From assembly GCA_018303205.1 (NCBI GenBank), contig JAGVYP010000066.1, positions 4,706 through 68,705 on the forward strand: a DNA stretch of 64,000 nt. Reading direction: 5' to 3'. This DNA is from Candidatus Woesearchaeota archaeon (GTDB lineage: Archaea; Nanobdellota; Nanobdellia; Woesearchaeales; JAGWAF01). The notes under the pieces were generated by a model. That model made no database searches. It saw only the letters and a list, made by a program, of their open reading frames with translations, and was not told the origin of the DNA. The position numbers and the translations under genes are program-made. Shown piece after piece: positions 18,534-27,603 of this stretch (its first letter is position 1; each line of letters starts with the position of its first letter).

Positions 18534-19979
18534 ATGACACTCAGTGTTTGTTTTCTGGTCAAGAACAAGGCTCAAAGGCTCGAGCATAGTCTGGGCTCTA
18601 TAAAGGGATTTGCAGACGAAATTATTGTCGTAGACACAGGAAGCACGGACTCCACAAAAACCGTAGCCTTACAGGCAGGTGCAAAGGTTATTGCTCACAA
18701 ATGGCATGACGACTATGCTGATGCTAAAAATGCAGCTTTAGCTGTAGCTTCAGGATCTTGGATTCTCTTTTTAAAAGCAGGAGAAACCCTTGCTGAAGTT
18801 GACAAAGAAAAAATTCTCAAAAAAATGCAACAAAAAGATGTTGCAGGATATGTTCTTGAAAGAAGAATGTACACCAGTAACAAAGACCATATGCGTTTTA
18901 TAGCATCAACAGGAACCTATGATGAAGAAAGAGGATATGCAGGATATCTTATTTTTCCTGTGCTTTCCCTCTTTAGAAATATGGATGGCGTTCAATTTGA
19001 AGGGAAGGTCTTCGAAGATGTCAAAGATAGCATTTTCAGAAAGAAAAAAGGCATTAAAGTAACAGACATTATTACCCATTACGTCGATGTAGAGGAACAT
19101 GATCATAAAAAACAACAAGAACGCATTGAACGCTATGCCAAGATCTGTCAAAAAGCAATGAAGGACGATCCACAAAATCCTCAGTATCCTTATGAACTTG
19201 GGCATATTTACAAAGTACAAGGAAACTTTGAAAAAGCAATTCCCTTATTCTTGAAAACAAAAGAACTTGGAAAATACAAACAACCTGAAGCTGAATTAGG
19301 AGACATTTACTTCAGACAAGGAAAAATGCTTGAAGCTCTTGACCTCTACGAAGAAGCCTTAAGAAAATATCCTGCGTATATTCCTACGTATCTTCAACTC
19401 GGAATTATTTATACGAAAAGAAAACGCTTTAAAGATGCTGTAGAAGTTTACAAAAAAGCATTAGAACGCGATCCTAAAAATCAAGTCGCATACCAAAACT
19501 TATCGGCTACACTCTTACAAGCACAAAATATCATGGGTGCAATGAAAATTCTCGATCTCGCTTATAAAGAAACCAAACTTGAAAAATTCAAAACCATCCT
19601 TGAAGATTTAAAAAACAAATTAGAAAAAAATGAAAAAATAAAAAACTTACTCAAAGAAGGAAAAACAGAAGAAGCAGGGCAACTGTTGAAAAATGATGTT
19701 GCACAAAATCCCGAAAGTATTCTTGCCCTTACCAACTTAGGAGCATTTTATTTTGGACAAAAACAATACGAAAAAGTGGTAGATTTGCTTTCACCTGTTC
19801 TTGAGAAAAATACGAGTACTGCAAATCATATCTTAAACATGTACAACAACGTAGCAACAGCCTATACCCATCTTGACGATACCAAATCAGCAATCAAAGT
19901 GCTCAAACAAGCACTTAAATTGAATCCACCTAACCAAGAATTCTTTGAAAAAAGAATAGAAGAGATCAAAGAGAAGTAA
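18534..19979 (+). CDS. GT2-TPR protein with degenerate DxD motif
   Basis: DTGSTD, DDYADAKN, but FLKAGE in place of LDADE; many TPRs. Confidence 0.85.
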   Translation: MTLSVCFLVKNKAQRLEHSLGSIKGFADEIIVVDTGSTDSTKTVALQAGAKVIAHKWHDDYADAKNAALAVASGSWILFLKAGETLAEVDKEKILKKMQQKDVAGYVLERRMYTSNKDHMRFIASTGTYDEERGYAGYLIFPVLSLFRNMDGVQFEGKVFEDVKDSIFRKKKGIKVTDIITHYVDVEEHDHKKQQERIERYAKICQKAMKDDPQNPQYPYELGHIYKVQGNFEKAIPLFLKTKELGKYKQPEAELGDIYFRQGKMLEALDLYEEALRKYPAYIPTYLQLGIIYTKRKRFKDAVEVYKKALERDPKNQVAYQNLSATLLQAQNIMGAMKILDLAYKETKLEKFKTILEDLKNKLEKNEKIKNLLKEGKTEEAGQLLKNDVAQNPESILALTNLGAFYFGQKQYEKVVDLLSPVLEKNTSTANHILNMYNNVATAYTHLDDTKSAIKVLKQALKLNPPNQEFFEKRIEEIKEK

Positions 19980-20014
19980 GACTTTTATAGTAGGATTCTT
20001 TACTTTCTAAAAAA

Positions 20015-20698
20015 GTGGTGATATTCATACAGAAGTTAGCATTTTTCTTTTGGTGTTTAGCGATTATCGCGCTACTTCTTTCAGCACACCTTTTTGTGCA
20101 AACCTTTTATTCCCTAGGATTTCTTTTCTTCTTCATCGCGTTTTTTCTTACACCACCCTTCTTCACTTTTCTGAGAAAAAAAAATATCCATCCTTCAGTT
20201 CCACTTATTTCAGTGCTTTTTCTCTTCATTCTTTTCACTAGTCCCTCTTATTTTCCAAACGCTTCTATCACCTCAGCGGTGGTCCTAGAACAAAATAAAG
20301 AACAAACTGAACTTGAATATCCAGAATCTTCATCTGCAACGTATGTCATCAAAGAATATCCCGGAAGTACAGTCATTCATCGATCTTCACCGCTTCAAGA
20401 AACTGAAAAAAAAGTCTATGTTCCTAAAAAAGAAATCCAAGTAAAAATTACTGATAAAGCTTTTATTCCCCAAAATATTACCATATCACGTGGCACTATG
20501 GTCATTTGGACTAATACAGATCCACGATTGCAAATTATTCATATTGTGAACACTACAGGAGGCTATACCAGCATTGCACGCAGTGGTCGTCTTGAGTTCG
20601 GAGACAGTTTTAACATGCGTTTTGATGTTCCTGGAGAATACCCTTACCGTGGTTTATTATTGAAAGCACCCGAAGGACATATCAGCGTAACACCATAA
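20015..20698 (+). CDS. membrane protein with C-terminal cupredoxin-like domain
   Basis: AFIPQNITISRGTMVIWTN...FDVPGEYPY; copper ligands (Cys/His/Met) absent. Confidence 0.65.
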   Translation: MVIFIQKLAFFFWCLAIIALLLSAHLFVQTFYSLGFLFFFIAFFLTPPFFTFLRKKNIHPSVPLISVLFLFILFTSPSYFPNASITSAVVLEQNKEQTELEYPESSSATYVIKEYPGSTVIHRSSPLQETEKKVYVPKKEIQVKITDKAFIPQNITISRGTMVIWTNTDPRLQIIHIVNTTGGYTSIARSGRLEFGDSFNMRFDVPGEYPYRGLLLKAPEGHISVTP

Positions 20699-20729
20699 AA
20701 CATAAATACTCTTGTTCTTTCTTCTTTTT

Positions 20730-21443
20730 ATGAAAACCATATTCCTGATCTCTCTCCTTCTTCTCTTTTTTTTAGTTTCCTGTATTTCTGATAAAGAAAA
20801 AACTATTTCTGTTGAAGAAAAATCAGAGATAAAACAAGCTCCCCAAGAACCTCTTGAAAAAAAAGAAATAGTTCCAGAAGAAAAAATAGATACACCTCCA
20901 ACTTATGTTAAAGTAGAAAATACAACACTGCAAATTATTGCGCCACCTACTCCTGAAAAAAAGGAAGTCATTGTAAAAGGAAACATTTTTACGTATGAAC
21001 CTTCACTTAAAGTATGGAGAACGTATCTTTCACGAGAAGGAATGAAACAAAACTTAACCTTTCGCTATACCCCCGAACAAGTAAAAAACATCGTTGTGAC
21101 GGGAACATTGAACAGTACTTTTGACAAAAGAAAAATTTTTATTACTTTTGATCCTTTGAATACGCATGACCTTGCCTTTGTCGCCTTAGCTGCTCAAGAA
21201 CTCTCTAGTCATCTCGCAGGATCATTTCAACGCATTCCTCTTTCTGCCTGTACTCAAGAAGCTGAGTCTTGCACAGACCTTGTTACGTGTGACGACAAAG
21301 ACAAAGCAGTGATTTTTCTGAATAACCAACCCGGTCCTCTTATTACACTTGATCACAATTGCTTAGTCCTTACAGGACAAGGAGAAGACATCATGAAAGC
21401 TGCAGAACGCATTATCTTCGACTGGTATGGGTATTATAAGTAA
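20730..21443 (+). CDS. lipoprotein, paralog of 11007..11729
   Basis: LVSC lipobox, FRYTP, IFITFDP, ACT..C..VTC, NCLVLTG..MKAAER. Confidence 0.75.
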   Translation: MKTIFLISLLLLFFLVSCISDKEKTISVEEKSEIKQAPQEPLEKKEIVPEEKIDTPPTYVKVENTTLQIIAPPTPEKKEVIVKGNIFTYEPSLKVWRTYLSREGMKQNLTFRYTPEQVKNIVVTGTLNSTFDKRKIFITFDPLNTHDLAFVALAAQELSSHLAGSFQRIPLSACTQEAESCTDLVTCDDKDKAVIFLNNQPGPLITLDHNCLVLTGQGEDIMKAAERIIFDWYGYYK

Positions 21444-21474
21444 TCTTTTTATACATCTTCTTACTTACAAGATT

Positions 21475-21960
21475 ATGAAGAAATTTAGCCCAGCAGAGAT
21501 ACAAGGGACAAGAGATTATTTTAGTGGTAAGGGGTTTCCTGTAGTATCTGCTACTGTTTTAGGTCATACTTTTTCCTATTTTGTACTTCCTCCTTCTCTA
21601 GAAACTAAGTTGCCTGATTTTGTTTTTCGTTGTACAGGAGATCCAGATAGGGAATAGGTACTAGGTATTTCGGATAGCGTGAAAGCAGAGTGGAGAAAAT
21701 TTGCCGTATTTCATGAGTATGCAGAATTTGTCGTTCTTGGTGTTGATGCTCCTGACAGATGTACTCATGCTTTGTCTTCAGAGATAACTGCTGTGCAAAG
21801 AGAAATGCTTGAAACTGAAAGAGTACCTTACTTTAGAATGAGGCTTGCCTTTTTCAGAAATTTAGTTCCTTATTGTAGTGCACAACCTGAACTGTATTCA
21901 CCTACAGATCTTGCGCAATTCAGAGCAAATGTTACTACGCTTGAAGGTTTAGTAAAATAA
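21475..21960 (+). pseudogene. hypothetical HExxE-motif protein with in-frame TAG at 21655-21657
   Basis: Two track ORFs share one frame: ...GDPDRE*VLGISDSVKAEWRKFAVFHEYAEF... Confidence 0.7.
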
Positions 21961-21968
21961 TAAAAAAT

Positions 21969-22406
21969 CTATGCAAATCCTTGTACAGTGATGTGAAAAT
22001 TCAAATTCTTTCCAGCAAGCGGATGATTTAAATCCAAAACAACCGTGTTCTCTCTTATTTCTCTGATCGTTGCAAATAAGCGCTGTCCTTGAGGAGAAAC
22101 TAAAGTTAAGATTACTCCTTCTCTTAACGGAGCTTCTTTGGGTATTTTGTCTCTAGGAACTTCTTGCTTAAGCTCTTCTTTAGGCAATCCATATCCTTCC
22201 TCTGCTTTGAGAGAAATCTCTTTAGACTCTCCTTCTTTCATGCCGAGTATTGCCTCTTCAAATTTTTTCAAGAGTATTCCTTTTCCTATTTCTATCACTA
22301 AAACTTCTTGTCCTTCATTGCTATCAAACACGGTTTTGTCATCAAAATAACCTTTATAGAAAATCTTTACCTTGTCTCCCTCTTGTACCGTTCTTTGCAT
22401 TGCCAT
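21969..22406 (-). CDS. slyD: FKBP-type peptidyl-prolyl isomerase (SlyD-like)
   Basis: VFDSN, GMKEGE, LDLNHPLAGKNLNF. Confidence 0.9.
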   Translation of the reverse strand: MAMQRTVQEGDKVKIFYKGYFDDKTVFDSNEGQEVLVIEIGKGILLKKFEEAILGMKEGESKEISLKAEEGYGLPKEELKQEVPRDKIPKEAPLREGVILTLVSPQGQRLFATIREIRENTVVLDLNHPLAGKNLNFHITVQGFA

Positions 22407-22569
22407 TTTTTTAGGGGAATATTTACTCTATATAAGTGTTTGCCCACTTTGTAATCTTCATGAATTCTTCTTTTATGTTTTCTTCTTTTTTTTTTAAGAA
22501 AAGAAAAATAGACATCAAAGAATATGGCATCTTAACAACATTTAAATAACAGAACTCTCTCAATAGACT

Positions 22570-23136
22570 ATGGCATTGATAACATTCTCAGAACTTCTTG
22601 ATCTTATTATCATGACTGTTGCAGTAGGTTTTATTTTCATGGATTTCTTTCCTCCACCCTCTAAAAAGGCTTACGATCCATTGCAAAAAATGAGCTCTTT
22701 TAATTGGCATGCTCTCTGGTTCGCGGTGATGATCACAGCTCCTTCAGTGATCTTTCATGAACTTGCTCACAAATTTGTAGCAATAAGCATGGGATTACAA
22801 GCAACATTCCACGCTGCTTATATGTGGTTAGGCATTGGATTAGTATTAAAACTCTTAAACACAGGATTTATCTTCTTTGTTCCAGGATATGTTTCTACTC
22901 TTGGGGCAACGCAAACGCAGCACGCAGTCATTGCTCTTGCAGGACCTGCTCTCAATCTTGTTCTTTTTTGCATCGCATGGATTGTCATTAAAACTACCAA
23001 AAAATTATCTCACAAACAACATCTTTTCTGGTCTATTACCAAACGCATTAATGGATTTCTTTTTGTTTTCAACATGATTCCTATACCAGGATTTGATGGA
23101 AGCCACGTGTTGAGAGGAATTTTAACGCTCTTCTGA
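22570..23136 (+). CDS. site-2 protease family M50 metallopeptidase
   Basis: HELAH, AGP, NMIPIPGFDG. Confidence 0.9.
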   Translation: MALITFSELLDLIIMTVAVGFIFMDFFPPPSKKAYDPLQKMSSFNWHALWFAVMITAPSVIFHELAHKFVAISMGLQATFHAAYMWLGIGLVLKLLNTGFIFFVPGYVSTLGATQTQHAVIALAGPALNLVLFCIAWIVIKTTKKLSHKQHLFWSITKRINGFLFVFNMIPIPGFDGSHVLRGILTLF

Positions 23137-23188
23137 ATTTATCACACGAAACCTTTATATACATTCTCCTTTTTCTTCATATCCCAGA

Positions 23189-24817
23189 GTGAAAGCAAAA
23201 TTTATCGTTGTTACTGGGGGTGTACTCTCAGGTCTGGGAAAAGGCGTGGTTACGAGTTCTATAGGAAATCTGCTCAAAGCGCAAGGCTACAAAGTAACTG
23301 CTATCAAATTAGACCCTTACATTAATGTGGATGCAGGCACCATGAGGCCAACAGAGCATGGCGAAGTCTGGGTGACTGAAGACGGAGGAGAAACAGACCA
23401 GGATTTGGGCAATTATGAACGTTTTCTTGATACGAATGTCATGAAAAATCATAGCATCACTACAGGACAAGTGTACAACACGGTTATTCAAAAAGAAAGA
23501 AACCTCGAATATAATGGGCAATGTGTTGAAGTTATTCCCCACATTCCTTTAGAAATTAAAAGACGCATTTTAGAAGTTACCAAACAAACACAAGCAGATT
23601 TTGTTTTATTAGAAGTTGGTGGAACCGTAGGAGATTATCAGAGCATCCTTTACTTAGAAGCTATGCGCGCACTCAAGCGAGAATTAAAAGACTTGCTCTA
23701 TGTCCATGTCGTGTACCTTCCTGTGCCAGGAAACATCGGTGAAATGAAAACAAAACCAGCACAACACTCCATACGCTTTCTCAATGAAGCAGGTATACAA
23801 CCTGATTATATCATTGCACGATCTACAAAACCCATTGATGATACGAGAAGAGAAAAATTTTCTTTCTTATGCAACGTAGATACTTCCTCAGTCTTTGCAG
23901 CACCTGATGTAGACAATATTTACCGTATTCCCCTTGTCTTTGAACAACAAGGTTTGGATAAGCATATCCTGAACAAATTTGGTTTACGCTATAAAAAAAA
24001 TAAGAACAAACTCTGGAAATCACTCATAAAAAAAATTAACATGCTCAAACAAGAAGTAAACATAGGCATCATTGGAAAATATTTTGATGTGGGAGATTTC
24101 ACCCTAGAAGATTCTTATATTTCAGTTATCGAAGCAGTAAAACACGCAGCTTGGGCCAATAATGTCAAGGCAAAAATACAATGGATTAATGCAAAAGATT
24201 TCGAAAAAGATCCGAAAAAAATAGAAACCTTACAACAGTATCATGGCCTTATCGTTCCTGGAGGCTTTGGTTCTTCAGGTGTAGAAGGTAAAATAAAAGC
24301 AGTACAATATGCTCGAGAACATAAGATTCCCTATCTAGGCTTATGTTATGGCTTGCAAATGGCAGTTATTGAGTTTGCAAGAAACGTCTGTGGTTTAAAA
24401 GATGCGCATACGACAGAGTTTAATCCTCACACAAAAAATCCTGTGGTTATCATCCTTGAAGGACAGAAAAAATTGCTTGAACAAAAACAATATGGTGCTT
24501 CCATGCGCCTGGGAACCTATGAAGCGTTATTAAAAAAAGAGAGTATGGTATCCAAACTATATAAAAGCAGCCACGCAAAAGAACGTCATAGACATAGATA
24601 TGAAGTCAATCCTGAATATCATTCTACCTTAGAACAACATGGTCTGATGCTCAGCGGTATGTCACCCGATGGCAAGCTTGTTGAATACATCGAATTACCC
24701 CATCATCCTTTTTTTGTTGCAACACAAGCACATCCTGAATTCACTTCAAGGCCTTTACGACCCAATCCTTTATTCTTTGGTTTTTTAGAAGCCGCGAAGA
24801 AAAAATTAAAAGAATAG
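23189..24817 (+). CDS. pyrG: CTP synthase
   Basis: TGGVLSGLGKG, KTKPAQHS, GLCYGLQ, RHRHRYE, HPE. Confidence 0.98.
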   Translation: MKAKFIVVTGGVLSGLGKGVVTSSIGNLLKAQGYKVTAIKLDPYINVDAGTMRPTEHGEVWVTEDGGETDQDLGNYERFLDTNVMKNHSITTGQVYNTVIQKERNLEYNGQCVEVIPHIPLEIKRRILEVTKQTQADFVLLEVGGTVGDYQSILYLEAMRALKRELKDLLYVHVVYLPVPGNIGEMKTKPAQHSIRFLNEAGIQPDYIIARSTKPIDDTRREKFSFLCNVDTSSVFAAPDVDNIYRIPLVFEQQGLDKHILNKFGLRYKKNKNKLWKSLIKKINMLKQEVNIGIIGKYFDVGDFTLEDSYISVIEAVKHAAWANNVKAKIQWINAKDFEKDPKKIETLQQYHGLIVPGGFGSSGVEGKIKAVQYAREHKIPYLGLCYGLQMAVIEFARNVCGLKDAHTTEFNPHTKNPVVIILEGQKKLLEQKQYGASMRLGTYEALLKKESMVSKLYKSSHAKERHRHRYEVNPEYHSTLEQHGLMLSGMSPDGKLVEYIELPHHPFFVATQAHPEFTSRPLRPNPLFFGFLEAAKKKLKE

Positions 24818-24979
24818 TGATTGCCATTTCTTTTCTTGATTTCTAAATCCGTATTCTTTCCTGAGTTTTTTAATATGGTTTTGCAATGCATCAGCTTCTT
24901 TATCTGAACATAATCTTTTACCTTCCAAAATCTCTTTCCAAAATACGTTTGGGTTTCCTTTCAATTCTCTTTTTGTCAT
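24806..24979 (-). CDS. possible small hypothetical protein, 57 aa
   Basis: Manual translation MTKRELKGNPNVFWKEILEGKDYVQIKEADALQNHIKKLRKEYGFR...; TATA-like box near 25005-25013. Confidence 0.4.
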   Translation of the reverse strand: MTKRELKGNPNVFWKEILEGKRLCSDKEADALQNHIKKLRKEYGFRNQEKKWQSLFF

Positions 24980-25035
24980 TTTTCAATATCTTCTCTCAAG
25001 GATAAATATATAAATCTATAAGCTTTTACTCATTT

Positions 25036-25599
25036 ATGAACCCAGCACTCCTTATCATAGACATGCAAAATGATTTTGTAAAAGAAAATGCTATTATGGA
25101 AGTTCCAGGAATTAGAAATCATCTTTTAAAATTCAAAAATTTTATAGTTCAATGTAGAAAAAAAGGAGTTCTTACCATTTATACAAGACATTGTTTTGAT
25201 CCAAAAAAAAATGCTATTGAGCTACTCTTATTTCCTCAGTTGAAAAAAGAAGGTTTACGAAGCGGAACCAAAGGCTGGCAAATCATAGATGAACTTAAAC
25301 CAGAAAAAAATGATATCTTCATTGATAAAACACGTTATGATGCTTTCTTTAAAACAAATTTGAAAACAATATTAGAAAAAAATAAAGTTGATACAGTTCT
25401 TATTACAGGTACAATGACTAATGTCTGTTGTGAATCTACAGCCAGAACGGCAATGCAGCATGATTACCATGTCCTTTTTTGTTCAGATCTTACATTCTGT
25501 GGCGATCAAGAAGATCAAAAAGCAACATTAAAAATAATAAAATCAAGTTTTGGAAAAGTAATGACTTCTCAAGAAATACTAACAGAGATAAAAAAATGA
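25036..25599 (+). CDS. isochorismatase-family cysteine hydrolase
   Basis: ALLIIDMQNDF, KTRYDAF, TNVCCESTAR. Confidence 0.92.
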   Translation: MNPALLIIDMQNDFVKENAIMEVPGIRNHLLKFKNFIVQCRKKGVLTIYTRHCFDPKKNAIELLLFPQLKKEGLRSGTKGWQIIDELKPEKNDIFIDKTRYDAFFKTNLKTILEKNKVDTVLITGTMTNVCCESTARTAMQHDYHVLFCSDLTFCGDQEDQKATLKIIKSSFGKVMTSQEILTEIKK

Positions 25600-26252
25600 A
25601 TACCCAGGATATTCTCAAACAAACACAAGAGTACGTAAGAAAAGCATTAGAAAAAGACTCTTCTGGTCATGATTGGTGGCATATTTATAGAGTTTGGAAA
25701 AATGCATTACACATTGCAAAAGAGGAAAAAGCAGATCTGTTTATCGTACAAATGGCAGCTTTGCTCCATGACATCGGAGATCCTAAACTTCATCAGGGTG
25801 ATACTACTGTAGCTCCTCGTCTTATTACCTCCTGGCTTGACCAGATAGGTTTGGAAAAAGAGAAACAAAAAGAAATTTTGTATATCATTGAAAACATGTC
25901 TTTTGCAAGTTCATTAGAAAAAAAAGAAATAAAAAAAACAAAAGAGTTTTGCATCGTCCAGGATGCTGATCGTTTGGATGCTCTGGGCGCAATAGGCATT
26001 GCACGTTGTTTTGCATACACTGGCCATAAAGGAAGACTGATGCACGACCCTGAAAGAAAACCAAGAAAAACATTAACAAAAGAAGAGTATAGAAAAACTG
26101 AAACACCTGCAATTCATCACTTCTATGAAAAATTATTACTTTTAAAAGACAAGATGAACACAGAAACTGCAAAAAAAATAGCAGAGCAAAGACACGCTTT
26201 CATGGAAAAGTATTTAGCACAATTTTTTAAAGAATGGGATTGCAAAGCCTAG
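25596..26252 (+). CDS. HD-domain phosphohydrolase
   Basis: GHDWWH, ALLHD, VQDADRLDALGAIG, HFYEKLL. Confidence 0.92.
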   Translation: MNTQDILKQTQEYVRKALEKDSSGHDWWHIYRVWKNALHIAKEEKADLFIVQMAALLHDIGDPKLHQGDTTVAPRLITSWLDQIGLEKEKQKEILYIIENMSFASSLEKKEIKKTKEFCIVQDADRLDALGAIGIARCFAYTGHKGRLMHDPERKPRKTLTKEEYRKTETPAIHHFYEKLLLLKDKMNTETAKKIAEQRHAFMEKYLAQFFKEWDCKA

Positions 26253-26261
26253 GGTTTACTT

Positions 26262-27530
26262 TTAGTAAGTATCTAAAACTCTACAATTACAAAGATCTTT
26301 GCTATCAAAAGTAGTCAGGTCTCCTGCTTTTAATCCTGGAACAGGGAAAAGTCTGACCATTAAAGGTTTATTTAATCGAAAAGCTAATGTTCCCGTATCA
26401 CGCATGAGCGAAGCTATCTTATCAACACTTGTATCTCCCGCAATCGGCACGGTATCTAATCCAATACCACATACAGCGCTATTCATGAGTAATGAACGAA
26501 TATCAAATTGTCTTTTTTCAGTTCCCAATGCTAGTCCTTTGTCTTCTGTTAAAGCCAGCATTAAACCAGAAAAACCAATAAGATTAACTTTTTTAATTGA
26601 CTTAAAGAGTCTTGTTAAAAATGCTGAAGTTTCTATCGTTCCTGCCGCACCAAAATATTCCACTCCCAAAAGATGATACAATTCACCAAGAGAGGTACAC
26701 TCTTTTGATGGTGCTGCTGAACTATCAATTCCTAAAAAAGTAAAAGATTTATTTTTTGAAAAATCAAGTGCGAGTTTCACTATAAAATCAGCATGGTACT
26801 GTAAAGCAGATTTCATAATTGCAAATGCTTCTTTCCTCGTTTCGTTATGATTTTTTTGAACTTTATTTTTATGTAGTCCTAAACATTTCAAAGCTTCTAC
26901 AAGTAAATCAGGTGTTTCAAATCCTATAGCAAAACAAGATCTTTGTTCAGATCTGTGGTAACTTGGTGGAAAATAGGGGATATAAGATGGGCAATTATAG
27001 TTTACACAAAAATTAAAATTACCTTGCCCATGAGGAGTACTCTTGGAAATTTTTTTTACTATCTTAGCAGAAGCAAGAGTTAAGGTATTGTCAGGAACCC
27101 CGAGTTCGTCTATAGGGATATTAATACATGCATTAGCTAAATCTCCTTGTACTTTGATTAAAGATGGTAGAACAGACAAGTCTTGTTTATTGCGAGCTTC
27201 ACCAATAGCAAATCGGATACGGGTTTTTGGCATTTTGTTTGATTGTAATACCCTTTTAAGGATAGACATTCTTCTAAGAGCTGCTTTTGAAGAACTCGTA
27301 TCTAAATATTCTCCGTAAGGATTGGTAACCATACGCAAACTTTGCACGGTATATCCTTTTTTCTTAATTTTTTCAGAGAGATTATTACAAAAATCTGCGG
27401 CATCAAAAATAATTTTTTCCCATTGTGTGTTGTCTTTTCCTAAAGTTATAAATGATGTAATCGTGCGTACTTTACACAAATTTGGATTTTTGAGAGATTC
27501 TTTTATAGATATGTCTTTTTGTTTAGGCAT
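26262..27530 (-). CDS. DUF711/UPF0210 family protein
   Basis: VRTITSF, PYFP.SYH, GFSGLML, SAVCGIGLDTVP, LNKPLMVRLFP. Confidence 0.8.
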   Translation of the reverse strand: MPKQKDISIKESLKNPNLCKVRTITSFITLGKDNTQWEKIIFDAADFCNNLSEKIKKKGYTVQSLRMVTNPYGEYLDTSSSKAALRRMSILKRVLQSNKMPKTRIRFAIGEARNKQDLSVLPSLIKVQGDLANACINIPIDELGVPDNTLTLASAKIVKKISKSTPHGQGNFNFCVNYNCPSYIPYFPPSYHRSEQRSCFAIGFETPDLLVEALKCLGLHKNKVQKNHNETRKEAFAIMKSALQYHADFIVKLALDFSKNKSFTFLGIDSSAAPSKECTSLGELYHLLGVEYFGAAGTIETSAFLTRLFKSIKKVNLIGFSGLMLALTEDKGLALGTEKRQFDIRSLLMNSAVCGIGLDTVPIAGDTSVDKIASLMRDTGTLAFRLNKPLMVRLFPVPGLKAGDLTTFDSKDLCNCRVLDTY

Positions 27531-27603
27531 GGATTCTTCCTCCCTCATTCTTTTTTTATAGTTTGTCTATACTCTATTATAAATTTATACGAAATCTTTA
27601 CAA

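Noticed and set aside
21655-21657. Pyrrolysine or stop-codon reassignment
   Set aside because: No pyl genes in the window, and TAG terminates conserved genes at expected positions
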